Positions 48,347 to 62,401 of a stretch of 64,000 nt of DNA are shown here, piece by piece. Positions within the stretch are counted from its first letter, which is position 1. Each line of letters opens with the position of its first letter. Both the position numbers and the translations under genes were made by a program. The stretch is taken from assembly GCA_047495785.1 (NCBI GenBank), contig JBLDXI010000009.1, positions 5,394,001 to 5,458,000 of the forward strand. The letters run 5' to 3'. The notes beneath the pieces were generated by a model. That model searched no databases. It had not been told where the DNA came from and saw only the letters and a program-made list of their open reading frames with translations. This stretch comes from Lepidodermella squamata. Taxonomy: Eukaryota; Animalia; Gastrotricha.

Positions 48347-49301
48347 TTAAACCACGTTGAAAATACTAGTACTATTGTTGTTATCGTTGTTACTGCCTTT
48401 TTCGTAGAACATAAAGTCCTGAAAAATACAGGTGCTGGTCATATTGTTGATGTGGAAAAGATTCAAAACTTACGATTAAAAAAAGTAAGCCCAGCATTGT
48501 TGCTTTCAACTTAACATCGAGATCTCTTGGGACTAAGAGCGGACTCAATCAATCAAGAGTTTTCATTATTTCGAAAGGCTTACATGAAACGCCAAAGTTG
48601 TCGGCATCTGTGAACATCTCTCTAGCTAAACCGGACCATTGCTTTGTTATTTTCCCAATTTGAGCATCGCTCCCATTCGCAAAAATGTCGAAATCCTGAT
48701 CGCATGGACAAGCTGGCATGACTACACATGGCCCAACGACACTCATATGCTGCGTGTCATTAGCGTCACTGATCGAGAAGCGAGGCGAGCAAATCGAACA
48801 GGTCGACCTAACGATGCCTAACAACCCTGCGGTTGGCGATTCGACGCGCAGTTCGTGGTGGAAGAATCTGCAGCAGCAACAACCGCCGAAAGCGCATACG
48901 TTGAGAGGCCGGTGAATTCTAAGAACTTCCGTGTTCATGTTGTCAACTATGTGAATTAAAAATTCGCGGTTCGAGCCGCAGCACATGCGCATGCAACAGC
49001 CGGATTCTTCGAAAGCGTAGTAACACTGCTGGCCCATGTTGTTAAGAACACGGTATTTGTTCGCCGTTTCCCAGCCTGTGAATGCCTCTAATAGCTCCGT
49101 CTGCTGCTTTACCAGCAACTGATCGATTTGTGTCAGATATTCTAGGCCGAGGGGTACATTTGGCATTGATTCTGGCCTCATCATCCAGGCGGCTTGTTGA
49201 CCAAACGCCATAGGTTGTTGTGTTAAGATGATCGGTTGGACCTGACCCATGCCGACAGGTTGCATAGCTATCGGCTGGGGCTGGTAAGGTTCCATATGCA
49301 T
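48347..49301 (-). CDS. Phospholipid scramblase paralogue 5
   Basis: [32 protein letters not shown], Cys cluster CCCCR, FTDADNFGVS. Confidence 0.92.
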
Positions 49302-49525
49302 CTTAATTTGAATCTAAGAAATAGAAATGGCGAGAAATGCCCGTTTATCTTGTAAATTCCAAACGGAAAAGAAAGCACGAAAGAAAAGCAGATGGACTAG
49401 AGTTGACGGCACCATGAAGATAAGTTTTAAGCAGAACCACTGCGCTTAAAGGTATGAAAATTATGGTGTAGCATAATACTGAAGCGCAAAAGCCCGGCCA
49501 CAGCAGTAAATTTCAACAGTTTTTT

Positions 49526-50438
49526 TCAGTCATGGTGTTTGTGCTGCTGGCCTTTCTCAAAAAACATGAAGTCCTAAAAGGAATGTACCCACTATAAAAC
49601 TGTGCATCATTAGGTTTTAAATCTCACAATCAAGAAAAGAGCCCCCAGCACGGTAGCCTTCATTTTGACATCCAAATCCCGAGGAACTGAACATCAAATA
49701 TTCGAGAGGATAGCTCGGTAAATTTGGAGAGTTAACTTACAAGATACACCAAAGTTGTCTGCATCTGTAAACGCCTCCTGGCCAAAACCTGCCCAATGCT
49801 TTGTTATCTTACCAATCTCACTATCCGAACCCCCGTGGTAGGAGAATAAGGTGAACTCAACGTCACATTGGCACAAGCAACAAGGTGGGCCCAAGATTCC
49901 TATCTGGGGAGTTCCACTTGCGTCGGTTATTGTGAACTTGGCCTGGCAACAACTTGGCTCAGATTTGACAAAACCGAACTCAGTCCCGTCTGCCCCTTCG
50001 ACTTTGACTTCATGTTGGCAACCTAAAATTTGAAGATTGAGGAGCTAACTGCTTCAAAAGGGGTGGATCTTTACAGTCACAGCACCAAATTCCACCCGAT
50101 GCGCAGCATTTGAAGGGTCGAAAAACTCGCATCACTTCTCGACTCATGCCATCGAATAAATGAATAGAAAATTCGCGATTATTACCGCAGAAAGCGCGGC
50201 CACAGAAGTCCGACTCCTCGAGCGCGATGAAACAAAATTGGCCGGTGTTGTTGAAAACAGAGTATTTGTTCGCAGTTTCGAATCCTACGGCAACTTCAAG
50301 CGTTTCTATGTGTTGTTTTATAAATAATTGATCTAGCTGCGAGAGGTAGTCGAGGCCTGATGGGACTTGGCCCATTATTGACATTCCAATCGCTTGCATT
50401 TGCGTCGGTTGTTTCGAAATAGGTGCCACAGATGTCAT
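49526..50438 (-). CDS. Phospholipid scramblase paralogue 6
   Basis: [50 protein letters not shown]; extra intron after the Cys cluster. Confidence 0.9.
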
Positions 50439-51489
50439 TAGTAGGCCTTGTAATTTAATGAATTGTTAAATCTCAGTATAAGCCTAAATCATGTAGGTAC
50501 GAATGATGAAAAAATCAATTTGTGTGTATGTGACCGCAATACTAATGGGCCGGTGTGATAGCTATCTTCTGCGAATATTCAGTACACTGCTTTAGCCAGA
50601 GAATGCGTCTAAATAGAAGGCGTTTTAGTGTATCTTATTCGCCGCCGTGTCGCACATAGTCACACACACATATTGGCTTCGTGCGGCATGTATAAATGCA
50701 TACCTGTTATGTGAAAAAAACGCACGTACGCAGCTGAGTAATATTATTACGCACATGTAAAGATGCACTACTAATAATAGCTGCAGCACCAGGAGCCTAC
50801 TATTTGCATACGCGCTTTTTCCCAACTCTCTGTTTGTTTCGTAATATCGACAGTGAGCTAGCGCTTCCGAACAAATCCTGCAGGTGAATTCAGCAAACAT
50901 TGGCACAGCATCGGCAGCAGGATCAGTGACATTTATTACGAAAAAACACGCAATTTAAACTGTTACGCAGCTTTCCCAACGCAAGAAATGTTTAATAATT
51001 TGAATCAAAACAAAATGCCATAATCTTTTTCACTGTTTTATTCAATATTAGCAACGACCCGTCGGCCGAAAAACTGAAGCAACTGAAAATCCCAAGAAAA
51101 ATACAGAACGGTTAAAGATCAATAATTTCGTCAATAAATAATAATATTAATAGCACATTAATTGCGATCTCTCATTGAAAATAACCTATTACAGAATCGT
51201 TAGTAATAACACATATAACTTGATCAGATGCGGCCGCGATTCGAGCAGAGGAGAAAACGGCAGGCGGTTGTTTCACTACCACATAGCGGACATGGTTTGA
51301 TTTCGCGGGAGACCACATTGACAGAGAAAAATAGGATGATAATGATTTTTAACCGGATGCTGAACGCACTGACGAGTGGACACAGATCACAACGCGGCGT
51401 TGTTAATACAGGAATATTTGCTTGTTTCCAATAATCATTTTAAGATTGTGACCAAGGTTCTTGATCCAACAATGAAATTCGCGGATAAT

Positions 51490-54400
51490 TTACGAATTGA
51501 GAAAACTTTCCAAGTCATCTTCATCCTCAACAACCGCAGGCTGTTTGCTAGGCACAGCAGCAGGAGCTTTCACAGGCGGTGCCATTTTAAGACTAGCAGG
51601 CGACGGTTGCGGCGGCAACTCATCATCAACTTCCTTCGACTTGGTCGATTTCGTCGATTTTGCAGTGCCAGTTTTCGACTTGCTTGACTTTTTCTTGGGC
51701 TCGGGGGTCGCTTCAGCCGGCTCAGCAACGTCAACCGAGGCGGCTTTTTTAGTTTTCGAGGTACCCTTTTTCGTCGTTGTCTTTTTTTTCGGAGCCGGGG
51801 CCGGTTCTTCAACGTCGAGGCTTACCGCACGAGGCTGCGCCGATTTCTGCTCTAGGAATGCGAAATCGGAATCGCTAAGAGTCATCGCAGGTTGCTGCGG
51901 GACTTCAAGAGAAGACGTCTCCGAGGCGTTATAAACAGGTGGGGGTAGAGAGTCGGAGTCGCTTGGAACTGCGGCTAGCTGCGGGGCTTCGAGTGACGGA
52001 GTTTCAGAGGCAACAAATTGAGGCGGCGGCAACGAATCTCCCCGCTCCGATTCGCTCCATAGATGCTCGTCAGTCGGAGCTAGAGCGGCTGAGGAAACGA
52101 CTACGGACGATCTGTTTGAAGGGGTAGGGGATGGCGATAACGACGGGGTTACGGCTGAAACAGGCGCTGCGGCGAAGGACGAGGCTCGACTCGACTTGAC
52201 CGAATCAATCATCTGAGGCACGGGAGGTACGTCGAAGGACGCGGCACGGCTAGAACGCGGCGATAGGGAGAATCCTGGATTCTGTTGAATGCTGGATGAA
52301 GGCTGGGGGACAGAAACATAGTCGAAATCGTCGTCTTCCTGGTCCTGCACAGCGGCAGGCGGTGACGGCGGGGCTGCTAGATCGTCTTCGTCCAAATCTT
52401 CTCGGAAACCGGCTATCTCCGGCCTGCCCATGTCGTCTTCGTCGGAGTCTGGCGGAGGCTGCGGCTTCTTCGCGACTATAGGCGCTGGTCGAGTAGGCTG
52501 TTGGACCGGCTGTTGCTGCTGCGGGACTGGTTTAGGAGCTGGTTGTGATGATGAAAACATGGATGAAAATATACCGCCAGATTTTTTGCCGCTAGCAGCT
52601 TTTTGCTGCGGTTCTGGCGGGTCGTCTGACAGAAACGAATCCACAGCATCTGACATTCCTGCTGTTGGTACGAAGTCATCTACGGTGGATAATGGCCCTG
52701 CTGTGTTATTATTGCTACGCTGTGGTGTTGTGGCTGCAGTTGGGGTGAATTTCTGACCCGGGATTACGATAGGCTGGCCGCGACCTACGCCGACCGCTGC
52801 AACTTTCGTCGGCTCTTTCGGCGCTGGGGGCGGCGGGGCTGTCGTGACAGGAACACCTAAAATAGGCTTCAACTGATCAGGCACTACCGCCTCTATAATC
52901 TGAGCTGCTGTAGGGGGTTGTGGTGTAGTGGACTGAGGGTTTGATGGTTCAGGCGGGCGTTCCGCGATCGCTCCAGCCGCGGCTAAGGCAACAGCAGGTG
53001 ATAGCGAATCAGCCTTGGCGCGTCTCTTATTCGCCAGGGCGTCGCTAAACGCGTCGTACGACTGAGCTGGGTCGTCAAGCATCGCCGTGAGTTCTTCGTT
53101 CATCGCCGATAACTCGGTCGCGTTTCGTTCGAGAAGAGCTGCCAACGAGTTGCGCTGCATGACTAGGAATGGCACGCCGAGAAACGCGTGGACAAAGCGA
53201 AGGCCGAAGTTGTTGCGCATCGAGGCGTCGCACGCCATGACGGGAGGGCCGCCGGGTGGTCGGGAGGCACAGGCGGCTTCTGCGAAGGCCCTCGCCCGGC
53301 CGGCTGGTACTGTTCGGTGGTGCGACTGGTCGGCGTGGTTTGCTACGATCAATACTGGCAGGTGTTGCGGCACTCTGGCTATTTCACGCTCCACGTAGTC
53401 GAAACTCCAGGCCTAAATAATAACGAAAACAATTAGATAGATGACAAAATGAGAACTAAAGGCGAAACTGGCTAGGGAAATATAGGGGAAACTGGTTGGT
53501 AATCAATAGCAAAACCTTAAATTTTTCAACAAGTGTAACCCTGCATCTCCTCTCTAGAGACTGTCTTCACAAATTTCACTTGCCTTTTGCTCTAATAATG
53601 CGGTTAACGAGGTTTTAGACTCAGCAATTACTAGAACGGTCATCAGCTCTAGCAAGATCATTGGGACTTCAGATCACACAATCCTACAACCATTTGACAG
53701 TAAGAAAATAATTTCATTATCTTGTCGGATTTACGAACGTCATCAATGGCTGAACCTAATCCCGAGCAATCACTATTCAAGGCTTTGGCGAAACCTGAGG
53801 AAGCTAATCGTACGGTGAAAAACGTCTGTAACTCAGCTGGTAAATTGTTACGTCACATTTTGACTACAGTGACTGCCGATATGTATTTTGGCGATACGGA
53901 GTCGTTTGTACACAGGGGAGCCAGAAACGATCGTAAGAAATTGATGTGCCAAACCGGCTTGTTATTTTTCTTTCATATAGATCTAGGATGGTCTTCGAAT
54001 AATAAATCTAGATTTTTGCCAAATTCTCTCGTGATTGTGAAATCGAATCTCCTAGAATTTGAACGCCCAACATGACTGCTCAACTAGGCGATGAAAAATC
54101 TAGAATCCTAGACCTTCCCATAACTTATCATCTGGTCTTTACTTGGAAAAATGGCTAATCTGCAGTTTTTGGTAGAAATATCATTCGTGGTAAGCACTAA
54201 CCTTAGTGATATCATAGACGAAAACAACACAATGCGCGCCCTTGTAGACGTCGATGAACTCGGCGTCGAGCGCCGCCGCCTCGAACAGCTGCTTCGCCTC
54301 GTTGGACAGCTTCAAGCCGTCGAGTTTCGCCCGCGGCTTGCCCTTGTCGACCACGTCCCACACTTCCACTTTCACAGCATCGTCAGTCGCTTTATACGTC

Positions 54401-56229
54401 CATGTGATGTGGGCGACCTGGATTTCGTCGGTAGCGACGTACTCTTCCGTGACATCGAGGCCCTGAATGCGCCGCCATAGCGAGGTTTTACCGACATTGC
54501 GATCGCCGCGTATCACCATTTTCACTAAAAAAAGGGAAACAATATTGTAGAATGTTATCCAAAAATGCGAGAAAATTGTTTTTCATTGTTTACGATCTCA
54601 TAAAATCTATTAAGAATGAACTTCCTGAAAAGCTTGGCAATATGTCGCTCGACAAAATTTAAATCATTCTTCGCCCAACCGACACCATTCACGATGCATT
54701 GCATTGGCGCCCACAACAACACCCCCAGGCTTTCAGCTCTTTAATATTGTTAAGTTTTTAGTAATTTGTTTGGTTTTTCAAATGATCAAGCTTCAAGTCC
54801 CAGAGCTTATTAAGAGGATTCGTTCTTCAGCGTGTCGATGTATGTCGGAAATGACGATGATAAAGATAAAAAGATGACGATGACTATGTTGTTGCAACAG
54901 CTATTTTATGGGACTACTCTCGCGATCACGTTCTCCTTTTCACTAACGATCACACATGAACAGCTCAAGAGTTCAACAGTTTTTTCCCACCTTCCGTCCC
55001 TAAAAAGAAGCAAAAGGAAGCAAAAACTGCTGTACGACAGTGCTTACTTCAGATTCGTTCTACTGTTGCAATGATAAAGAAGACTTTGCTGTGTTGAAAG
55101 TTGAAACTACCTAAATCTCAGTTTACAATGCAGCGAATTCCTGTCAGCTTTGATATCTCTCTTAATTTGAGGATTCATGCTTTCGGCTACACCGGACATA
55201 CAAAGACGTTCAGCGTCACTGGTGGAGTATTGGCTAGCTATAGGTTCCTTACGGCTTAACAATGAATCTACTCTCTGCTGGTGGTTTCTCTGGTGCTGCC
55301 ATTGTCACAGATAGCTATGGCGAAGCTGTTGGGTACATAGGTGGAAATCTTGATTGATCTTGGAAATCTGATTGATAAGCATCAATCTTATGGTTTTAGA
55401 TTTGATGGTTCCATTAAAGCTACCAACCGCCAAACGTGCCCCACCAGCATCTGCATATCTCCATACAATTTGTACAACAGCGAATTATACCATGGCGAGG
55501 TCTGACTGTAAATGGTCCCGCCGCAAGATTTTCCCTATTTGCGAACTTAACCTTGGAAAAAAATTTCGTAAGAAAAGGAAATTCAGCCCTAGTTGGCAAT
55601 TTTCAGAAATAATTTGGACCACGCTAATGTCAAAGGAATTCGGCTATTCAGGCGGTTTTGCGACCAGATGATAATTCCGAAATTGTGTTTTATTAAATTT
55701 TGCATCGAGAGTGAACCCAATTGAAAATCCTTAAGATCTCTTCTGATTGTTGCCCAAATTATTTTTTCCTAAAATCTGATATTTCCGCTGAACATTGAAA
55801 CCCAGATTCTCAGCAATCCTACTAGCTATTATCACTGAACTCCCTAGTTCATTGATCTTCAGAAGGACATATTATAGTCTCTGGTGTTGAACATTTCGCC
55901 TTAACCTACTTCTAACTGGAAAACAGTAAATTATTTCAAATTATAGCTCCCGCAGATGTTTAATGAATCGAAAGCTAGCGGCACTCACTGTTGTACTGAA
56001 TAGTACGCTGTTGCAGCCGCCGTTGTAGATCCGCATTCATGACCTGGACGCCAGGCGGCAGGGACGGCGAAGTCGTGGCGTGCGACATCGACGCCGAGTG
56101 TTGCCGCTGAAACTGATGCTGCTGATGGTGGTTGTGATGATGATGGCCATTATCAGACTCGTGGTTCGACGCCGCTGCGGCCTCTTTCTCACTGTTGTTA
56201 TTCGGGCCGAGCAGGCGTTTGAAAAACAT
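51490..56229 (-). CDS. RABL6: Rab-like protein 6 (RBEL1/PARF), 3 exons
   Basis: [74 protein letters not shown]. Confidence 0.93.
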
Positions 56230-56837
56230 TGCGAATATTCAGTAAAAATGTCTAAATTCCAAAAAATCAGCCAAAATTATGAAAAAACGATACAATTTGT
56301 TGAGCAGCAGTTGAAACAAATTTCTTTTCAAATTCAAAGTATGCTTTTTACATTTTTCAATGTGATTCAAACGCTTTCAAACCTTAAATGACACTACGAG
56401 ACGTTTCACAAAGCAGTGAAAAAACGAAGATTTCGATCATTTTTCAATTGGACTATACATTTCCATCTAATTCAATTTAGCCGAAATCCCGATATATATA
56501 TATTTCAAATTGGAGTAAAAGATCTCTGTTTTATTCAAAAAATTTCGAATAATTTAAATTTCAAAATTCGGATCAAAAATGCTATATTTCCTGAATTAAT
56601 TCGATCGAAAATCCTTTCATTTCACTAGTTTTTCCCTAGTAAAACGTCTCCAGTTTCAATTGACGAATAAACATGATACGCAGTGCTGATAGTATGTATG
56701 TAACATTTTTTAACAACCGGGCGAACGAACGTGTGAGAGCATCAAAAATTTCTCAGCCACAAAAAAAACAAATCGAGCAGCTAATAAACGATTGGTCTAG
56801 TCATATTAATGTGTCCAAAACTCGGATCGATTGACTA

Positions 56838-58185
56838 TCATTTCTTCGAATTTCCAGTAGTCCTCGAAACAGTGGTCCACGCTTCAGCGGCCGCCAGTGA
56901 CTGCTCGCGGGCTTTCGTTTCATCGCGCACCGAGACCACCAATTTCGCGAGTTGCGCCTCCAAATCGTCGATTTCGCGCGCAACTTCCGGCCGCGCCGCC
57001 AGTTTCGCGACTTGTTCCGGCGTTAGCGAGACGGTAACACCCGCAACGGCGGCGGTTTTCGCCTTCAACTCGTCGATTTGACGCAGGCGTTTGCGCAGGT
57101 TCCGCAGCCGGTGCTCGATCGAACTCGCGTCTGATTTGCCTTCGCTGGCGTTGGACGCGATCGATTCTGGGCCCTGTTTCGGCTTTTCGGGCGAGGAGGG
57201 CAGCGAAACGTAGGCGGTCGAGGCGGTTTCTTCCGTCGATTCCGACCTTGTGTCGGCTTTCGATGTGGCTTGCCGTTTTTCCCTGGAAAATAACAAAAAA
57301 AATCAATCAATATGGACAAGTTTAAAATGTAGAGTGTGAGGCATTAAAAATAGTTATAAATAATTCAGAATTAAGTCAACTCGATACTTCGAAGTATACC
57401 CAGCAAAAAACTCAAATTTCGAAAAATTAGCAATTCGACCGTTTAGAATGAAAATGCACGATTATTTTTCGATTCTAATAAGAAAACTCCTAACAGGCTC
57501 AGGAGTTCTCGTTGAATAATCCGAAAAAATCTGATTCGAAAAAATTCAAACAATTTTGTTTCTTTAAGCGAAACAGCATTCTAAAATTTCTCTTTGGCAT
57601 CAATTTCTCTTTGTTATTTTTACTGCCCAAGTTGGGGATGTCGACGAATGATGAGGCTTTCATCTTTAATCTTTAATCTTTCCGATATAATAAATGAAAA
57701 CATGTACGAAATTCAGAAAAATTATTTTGATTTATTTCGAATTTGGTTCGAATTGGAAAGATGACCAATGGGAAAATTATCAAAATTAAAACTAACTTTC
57801 TTTTCGCGTTCTTTTTCGCGGCTTTCGAGAGCGGCGCAACAGCCGCGTGAGGTTTCGCCGCTAGGACATCAGCCACCGAGAGGCCAGCTGGCAGCCGAAT
57901 GCCCGCCACTGAAGAACTGCCCGAATCCGTTTTCGCCACGCTCGGCTTCACAAACTCAGCGCCGAGTGGAACGTCGCGGTTTTGCGCGGCTGTAACTTCG
58001 CGGCCGCGACTCACGTACACGGGCACTTCGTCCTGCGGGATGTAGCCCTCGCGCACGCGCCTCGCCTTGCGCCACGTGCCGTCCGGCCGCTGCGTCGCCG
58101 GAATGACCAGGTAGCCTTCTTCGTCGCGAATCACGCCCTGCCGCGTCATCGAGTCGGCCGAGGCCAATTTATTCGAAACAGCCAT
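56838..58185 (-). CDS. PYM1: Partner of Y14 and mago (EJC disassembly factor), 2 exons
   Basis: [30 protein letters not shown]; [25 protein letters not shown]. Confidence 0.95.
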
Positions 58186-59028
58186 TTCTTTTATCGAATA
58201 GGTCCGAAGAATGAGTAGATGGACCAAGAAACTGTAGTCAGCTAGTTATAATAACAAAAACCTAAAATTTTAAAATAAATTTATAAAATTATTCCAGATT
58301 TCCTTAAAAATTTAATTTATTCCCAATTTTAAAATTAATAGAAAATTTTCCATACCAAACTTTCAAAATTCAATCCCAGCCTCATATAACAATTTCACTC
58401 TAATTCAGGATTTTTAATGAAAACACCATTATGTAAAGTTTTTTCGTTGAAATTTATATCACACTTTATTAAAAGCCGAGGGGCATAAAGCGTCGCAAGA
58501 AAACGCAATACTGACTATCAAAAAATACATCAACAAATTGGCATCGTATGTAAGTCAAAAAATATAATCAGATTTTTCACATCGGTGCAGCACGACATGG
58601 CTAGTTCAGCAAACATGATTTCTGGCAAGGTGAAAGCAGATAATAACGACAAACGGCATCGAAATAAAATACTGAAACAAAATAAGAATGACTAGCACAA
58701 TGACTGGGAGCTAAAACCGACTAGAACTGATTTCATCGAAAATCATTGCAAGAGCGAAAAATCGAATCAGATCCAATATGAATTTTCAAAAATAGCCATT
58801 CAGATCTGAAGTCTTCAACATAGGGCTTTGATCGAAAGCTTCAAACAATTTAAGAAAATAAACAAGCTAGATTATTTGAACTCAATACGCTCGGCAGTGT
58901 AAAATATAACTGAACCACAATGGAGATACATACGTCAAACAAAAGCTAGTGAAAATTGCATGATTGTGCCAAAAAATAATCACGATTTTTTTGCAGATTC
59001 GTTATCGAATATCTATGATCGGCTTCAT

Positions 59029-60484
59029 TTATTTTTTGTTGCCACTTTTCTCGAAAAACATGAAATCGATCAGGAAGAGCAGACCAAGCAGACCAGCTTT
59101 CATTTTGACATCAAGGTCCATAGGAACTGAAATCGAAAAATAATTATAAAAAACTCCCAAGCATATTCCATGAATTCGATTCGAAAAAAATCCCTTTCCA
59201 ATTTTTTGAAATCACAACAAAATCTTACAAGTCATGCCGAAATTGTCCGCGTCGGTGTAGGCTTCACGCATTAAGCCAGACCACTGTTTTTTGATGACGC
59301 CTATCTCCGGATCGGTGTCTGTCTGGCCGACTGAGAAAATGCGAAACGTCATGCCGCATTCGCACTCGCAGAAGCGCGGACCGGCGACGCGCAACTGCGG
59401 CGTGCGGTTTTGGTCGAGGACGGCGAATCGAACGGGACAACAGCCGGGTTCGGAACGCGCGTAGGCTAGCACGGTGCCGTCAGGTGTCGAAATTTCGACC
59501 TCGTAGTGGCAGCCTAGAATAAAAATTACGGCGAATTAAAACACAGAACATCTCCAAAAAACCAAAATTGCAAAACTTGGGCGACAAATTAGAAAAATAT
59601 GCATTCGGCAATCTACTTCACGAATGATTTTAGTATGATCAACATTTTAACGTTAATTGAATGTTTATAATAAGCCCTGAAAAGTCTGAAAAAACCAATT
59701 TTCAAAATTCGGATCCGCTTTCAGAAATTTCAAATGTTCAACAAATTCAACGGATTTTATGAAATATATCATTTTTTTCTAGATAAAATTGCCACCATGT
59801 TAGGATAAAGCTAAAGACAGGTAAATGAAGAATAATTCAACTGACATTCGCAAGGATAGCAGCCGTTGCCAGCGCAAAATAGATAAGGCCGATGCAAGTG
59901 TAGGACGGCATTGCCGAGATTGTCGACAATCTGAATATTGAATTCACGAGCTGCGCCGGCAAAATATCGACAACAACAATCCTAGAAAAAGAGCAAGATA
60001 AGAATTAAAAAGGGGCAAAAATTATCAACATTTCAAAATAATTTTACCGTGGATTATGAACAAGTCAAAAAATTAAAATTGAAATTTCAAAATGTTGAAA
60101 CTTCAATTTAAGACTGATAGTGTCATAATTTCCGAGGTTGTATGTCACATTATATTCAGAATATAAATTTACCGTGTTTTCAAGCGCCATGTAGCACTGC
60201 TGTCCCATGTTATTGAGAATACGGTACTTGTTGTTCGTCTCGCAGCCCAGCATAGCCTCCAACAGTTCAATTTGCTGCTTCACAAGCAACTGATCCAGAT
60301 GCAGAAGATATTCGAGACCGGGCGGGCATGAGCCGATCGGCCGCGGAACTTGCATCATTTGCTGCTGTTGCTGCTGAGGCGGCATCGGCTGCATAGCCAT
60401 GCCAGGCTGGACGATTTGAACGGAAGACTGGTCGGGTACTACCGGGTAGAACGAACCCGTTGGCTGGTTCTGCGTCGGCTGCAT
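59029..60484 (-). CDS. Phospholipid scramblase paralogue 7
   Basis: [59 protein letters not shown]. Confidence 0.9.
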
Positions 60485-60574
60485 CTTTGTACAACGCGCC
60501 TGTTAACACCCTATCAAAATTCCAAATAAAAATACGGTCTCCAGTAAATCGAGGTCCCAGCACTAAAGTTGAGC

Positions 60575-60869
60575 ATCATTGTAGGCCGGGTTTGCAGGGT
60601 CAAAGTACAATTCTAAAAATAGCGCGTGACGGTTAAAAATAACACTACTCTGTAACATTATATGTGTAGCCTTATTTTTCAAATTTTTCAGATTTTTCAA
60701 ACTATTTTAGAAATTCCACTATTAAAATAACCCAGCATTCTCAAGATACTTTTCAATAATCTGGAGAATCTGGAGAATTTGAAAAATTATTCTAACAACT
60801 AGCTGCATTATTTCAATAGCATGAATCATGCTTTGGACTTTGACCTTACGAAACCCGGCCTACAATGAT
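60575..60869. mobile_element. MITE-like inverted-repeat element upstream of scramblase 7
   Basis: ATCATTGTAGGCCGGGTTT..GGTCAAAGT pairs with ACTTTGACC..AAACCCGGCCTACAATGAT. Confidence 0.6.
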
Positions 60870-62401
60870 TAAAGCATTAAATTTTCCAGCTCTACTGGAT
60901 CTTTACTTTTCCCTTCATTGATTCAATTTATTTATCAGCCACCCTTAGATATGCAGAATAATTTTCAAGGTTGGCTTCATGGGCTGCTGATATCCGAAAA
61001 ATCACTGATCAGTAAAATCCATAACAAAAATCGATATTGGCTCTGAAGGAAAGATATCGAAAATGTTTACATGGTATCCAACGGTAAGAATATGCACAAT
61101 GGTAAGAATTTATCCGGCGGTAAAATCATCCCAACTCAACGCCAATGGCTAAGTAGCTTACCGCCAGGCATAGCATGTGCATATAGCACAATAACACCAG
61201 GAACTGATCAATGGCATTGAGCTACCGCGAGCTGAGCCAGATTTCCTACGCACTTCCTTTTATCAGCCAGGAAAGGCCTTGGTAAACAAGCATACAACCG
61301 GTTGCAAAGCTTTGTTGGCGGTAAAAAAAAATGAAAAAAACTAGTAAACAAGCATAAATCCGGCCTGTCTGTCGTAGATAAACATTTCTCTACAAAATTT
61401 ATCAAATTTTCGGGAGGCTCAAGACATGAATTTCAGGCCTCAGTCACTGATACAAGACTCATTGGTCGAATTCCAGATAAAAAATATAACGATTTTAACC
61501 CTCGATTCAACTTTTTCCATTTCAACTCATATTCACTTTGGTATCAGACACAAAATTTCAGAAAATGCATAGATTGCGATCGCTTGAAATCGACTCTGCT
61601 CTTCCAGTAATTAAAATAAATCACTTAAAATCCTAGGAAAAAAAAACAAAAAAATAAGTTAAACAAGCAATCGAAGCACGTTATTTTTTATTGATTGGCG
61701 TACTAATAGTAGCGATTTGCGGAAGAAATTCGCATGGAAGAGCGGCAAAAAACGCGTTACAAACCAGTGTTTACAAAAATGGCACGTATTGTTTTGCGAA
61801 ATAGCATGAAAAAAATACACACAAGATTATAATAAATACAACTATTTTGCATGCAAAAATCTCCAATGAGACTAGAATAACAACAATACAATCGATAATG
61901 CGTAGCAGTTCAATACCGAAAACTAGACTTCGATCATTATAATAGAAAAATACTGAGCTAGGAATATCGATGAAAAAATCGCACTTGCATAAAACCAGGC
62001 AAAACGCGCCGAAATCTAAAACGTATACAAAATAATCAGATTTTTTTCAAAAACAAATCAAATAAAAATTATTGAAAAATTCAACACGCATGCGAATTAG
62101 AATTGCGGAGAGATCTCTATTTCAATCGAGATTATAGGCAAGTTCCTTCACAGGTCGTAAAATTAAATTAAATAAACCGTTTCGAGACTAGAAACATGGG
62201 CACACATGAGCAGTCGAGATGCATATATAAATGAAACTGATTTCGCTCATCGTAACAAACGACAGGGAGAAAGCACAGACGCAAAAGCGGCAGTAAACAG
62301 AGCAATCAAGAGAAGATAAAACAGTCGTATAGCCTTTTCGAGCACCAATGAAAACCAAGAAAATAGAACAAATATTTTAGAGGCGGCTCCAGAAATTTCA
62401 T

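Noticed and set aside
51497-53436. Plus-strand ORFs opposite RABL6 exon 3
   Set aside because: Antisense shadows of a GC-rich Pro/Ser/Ala-rich exon
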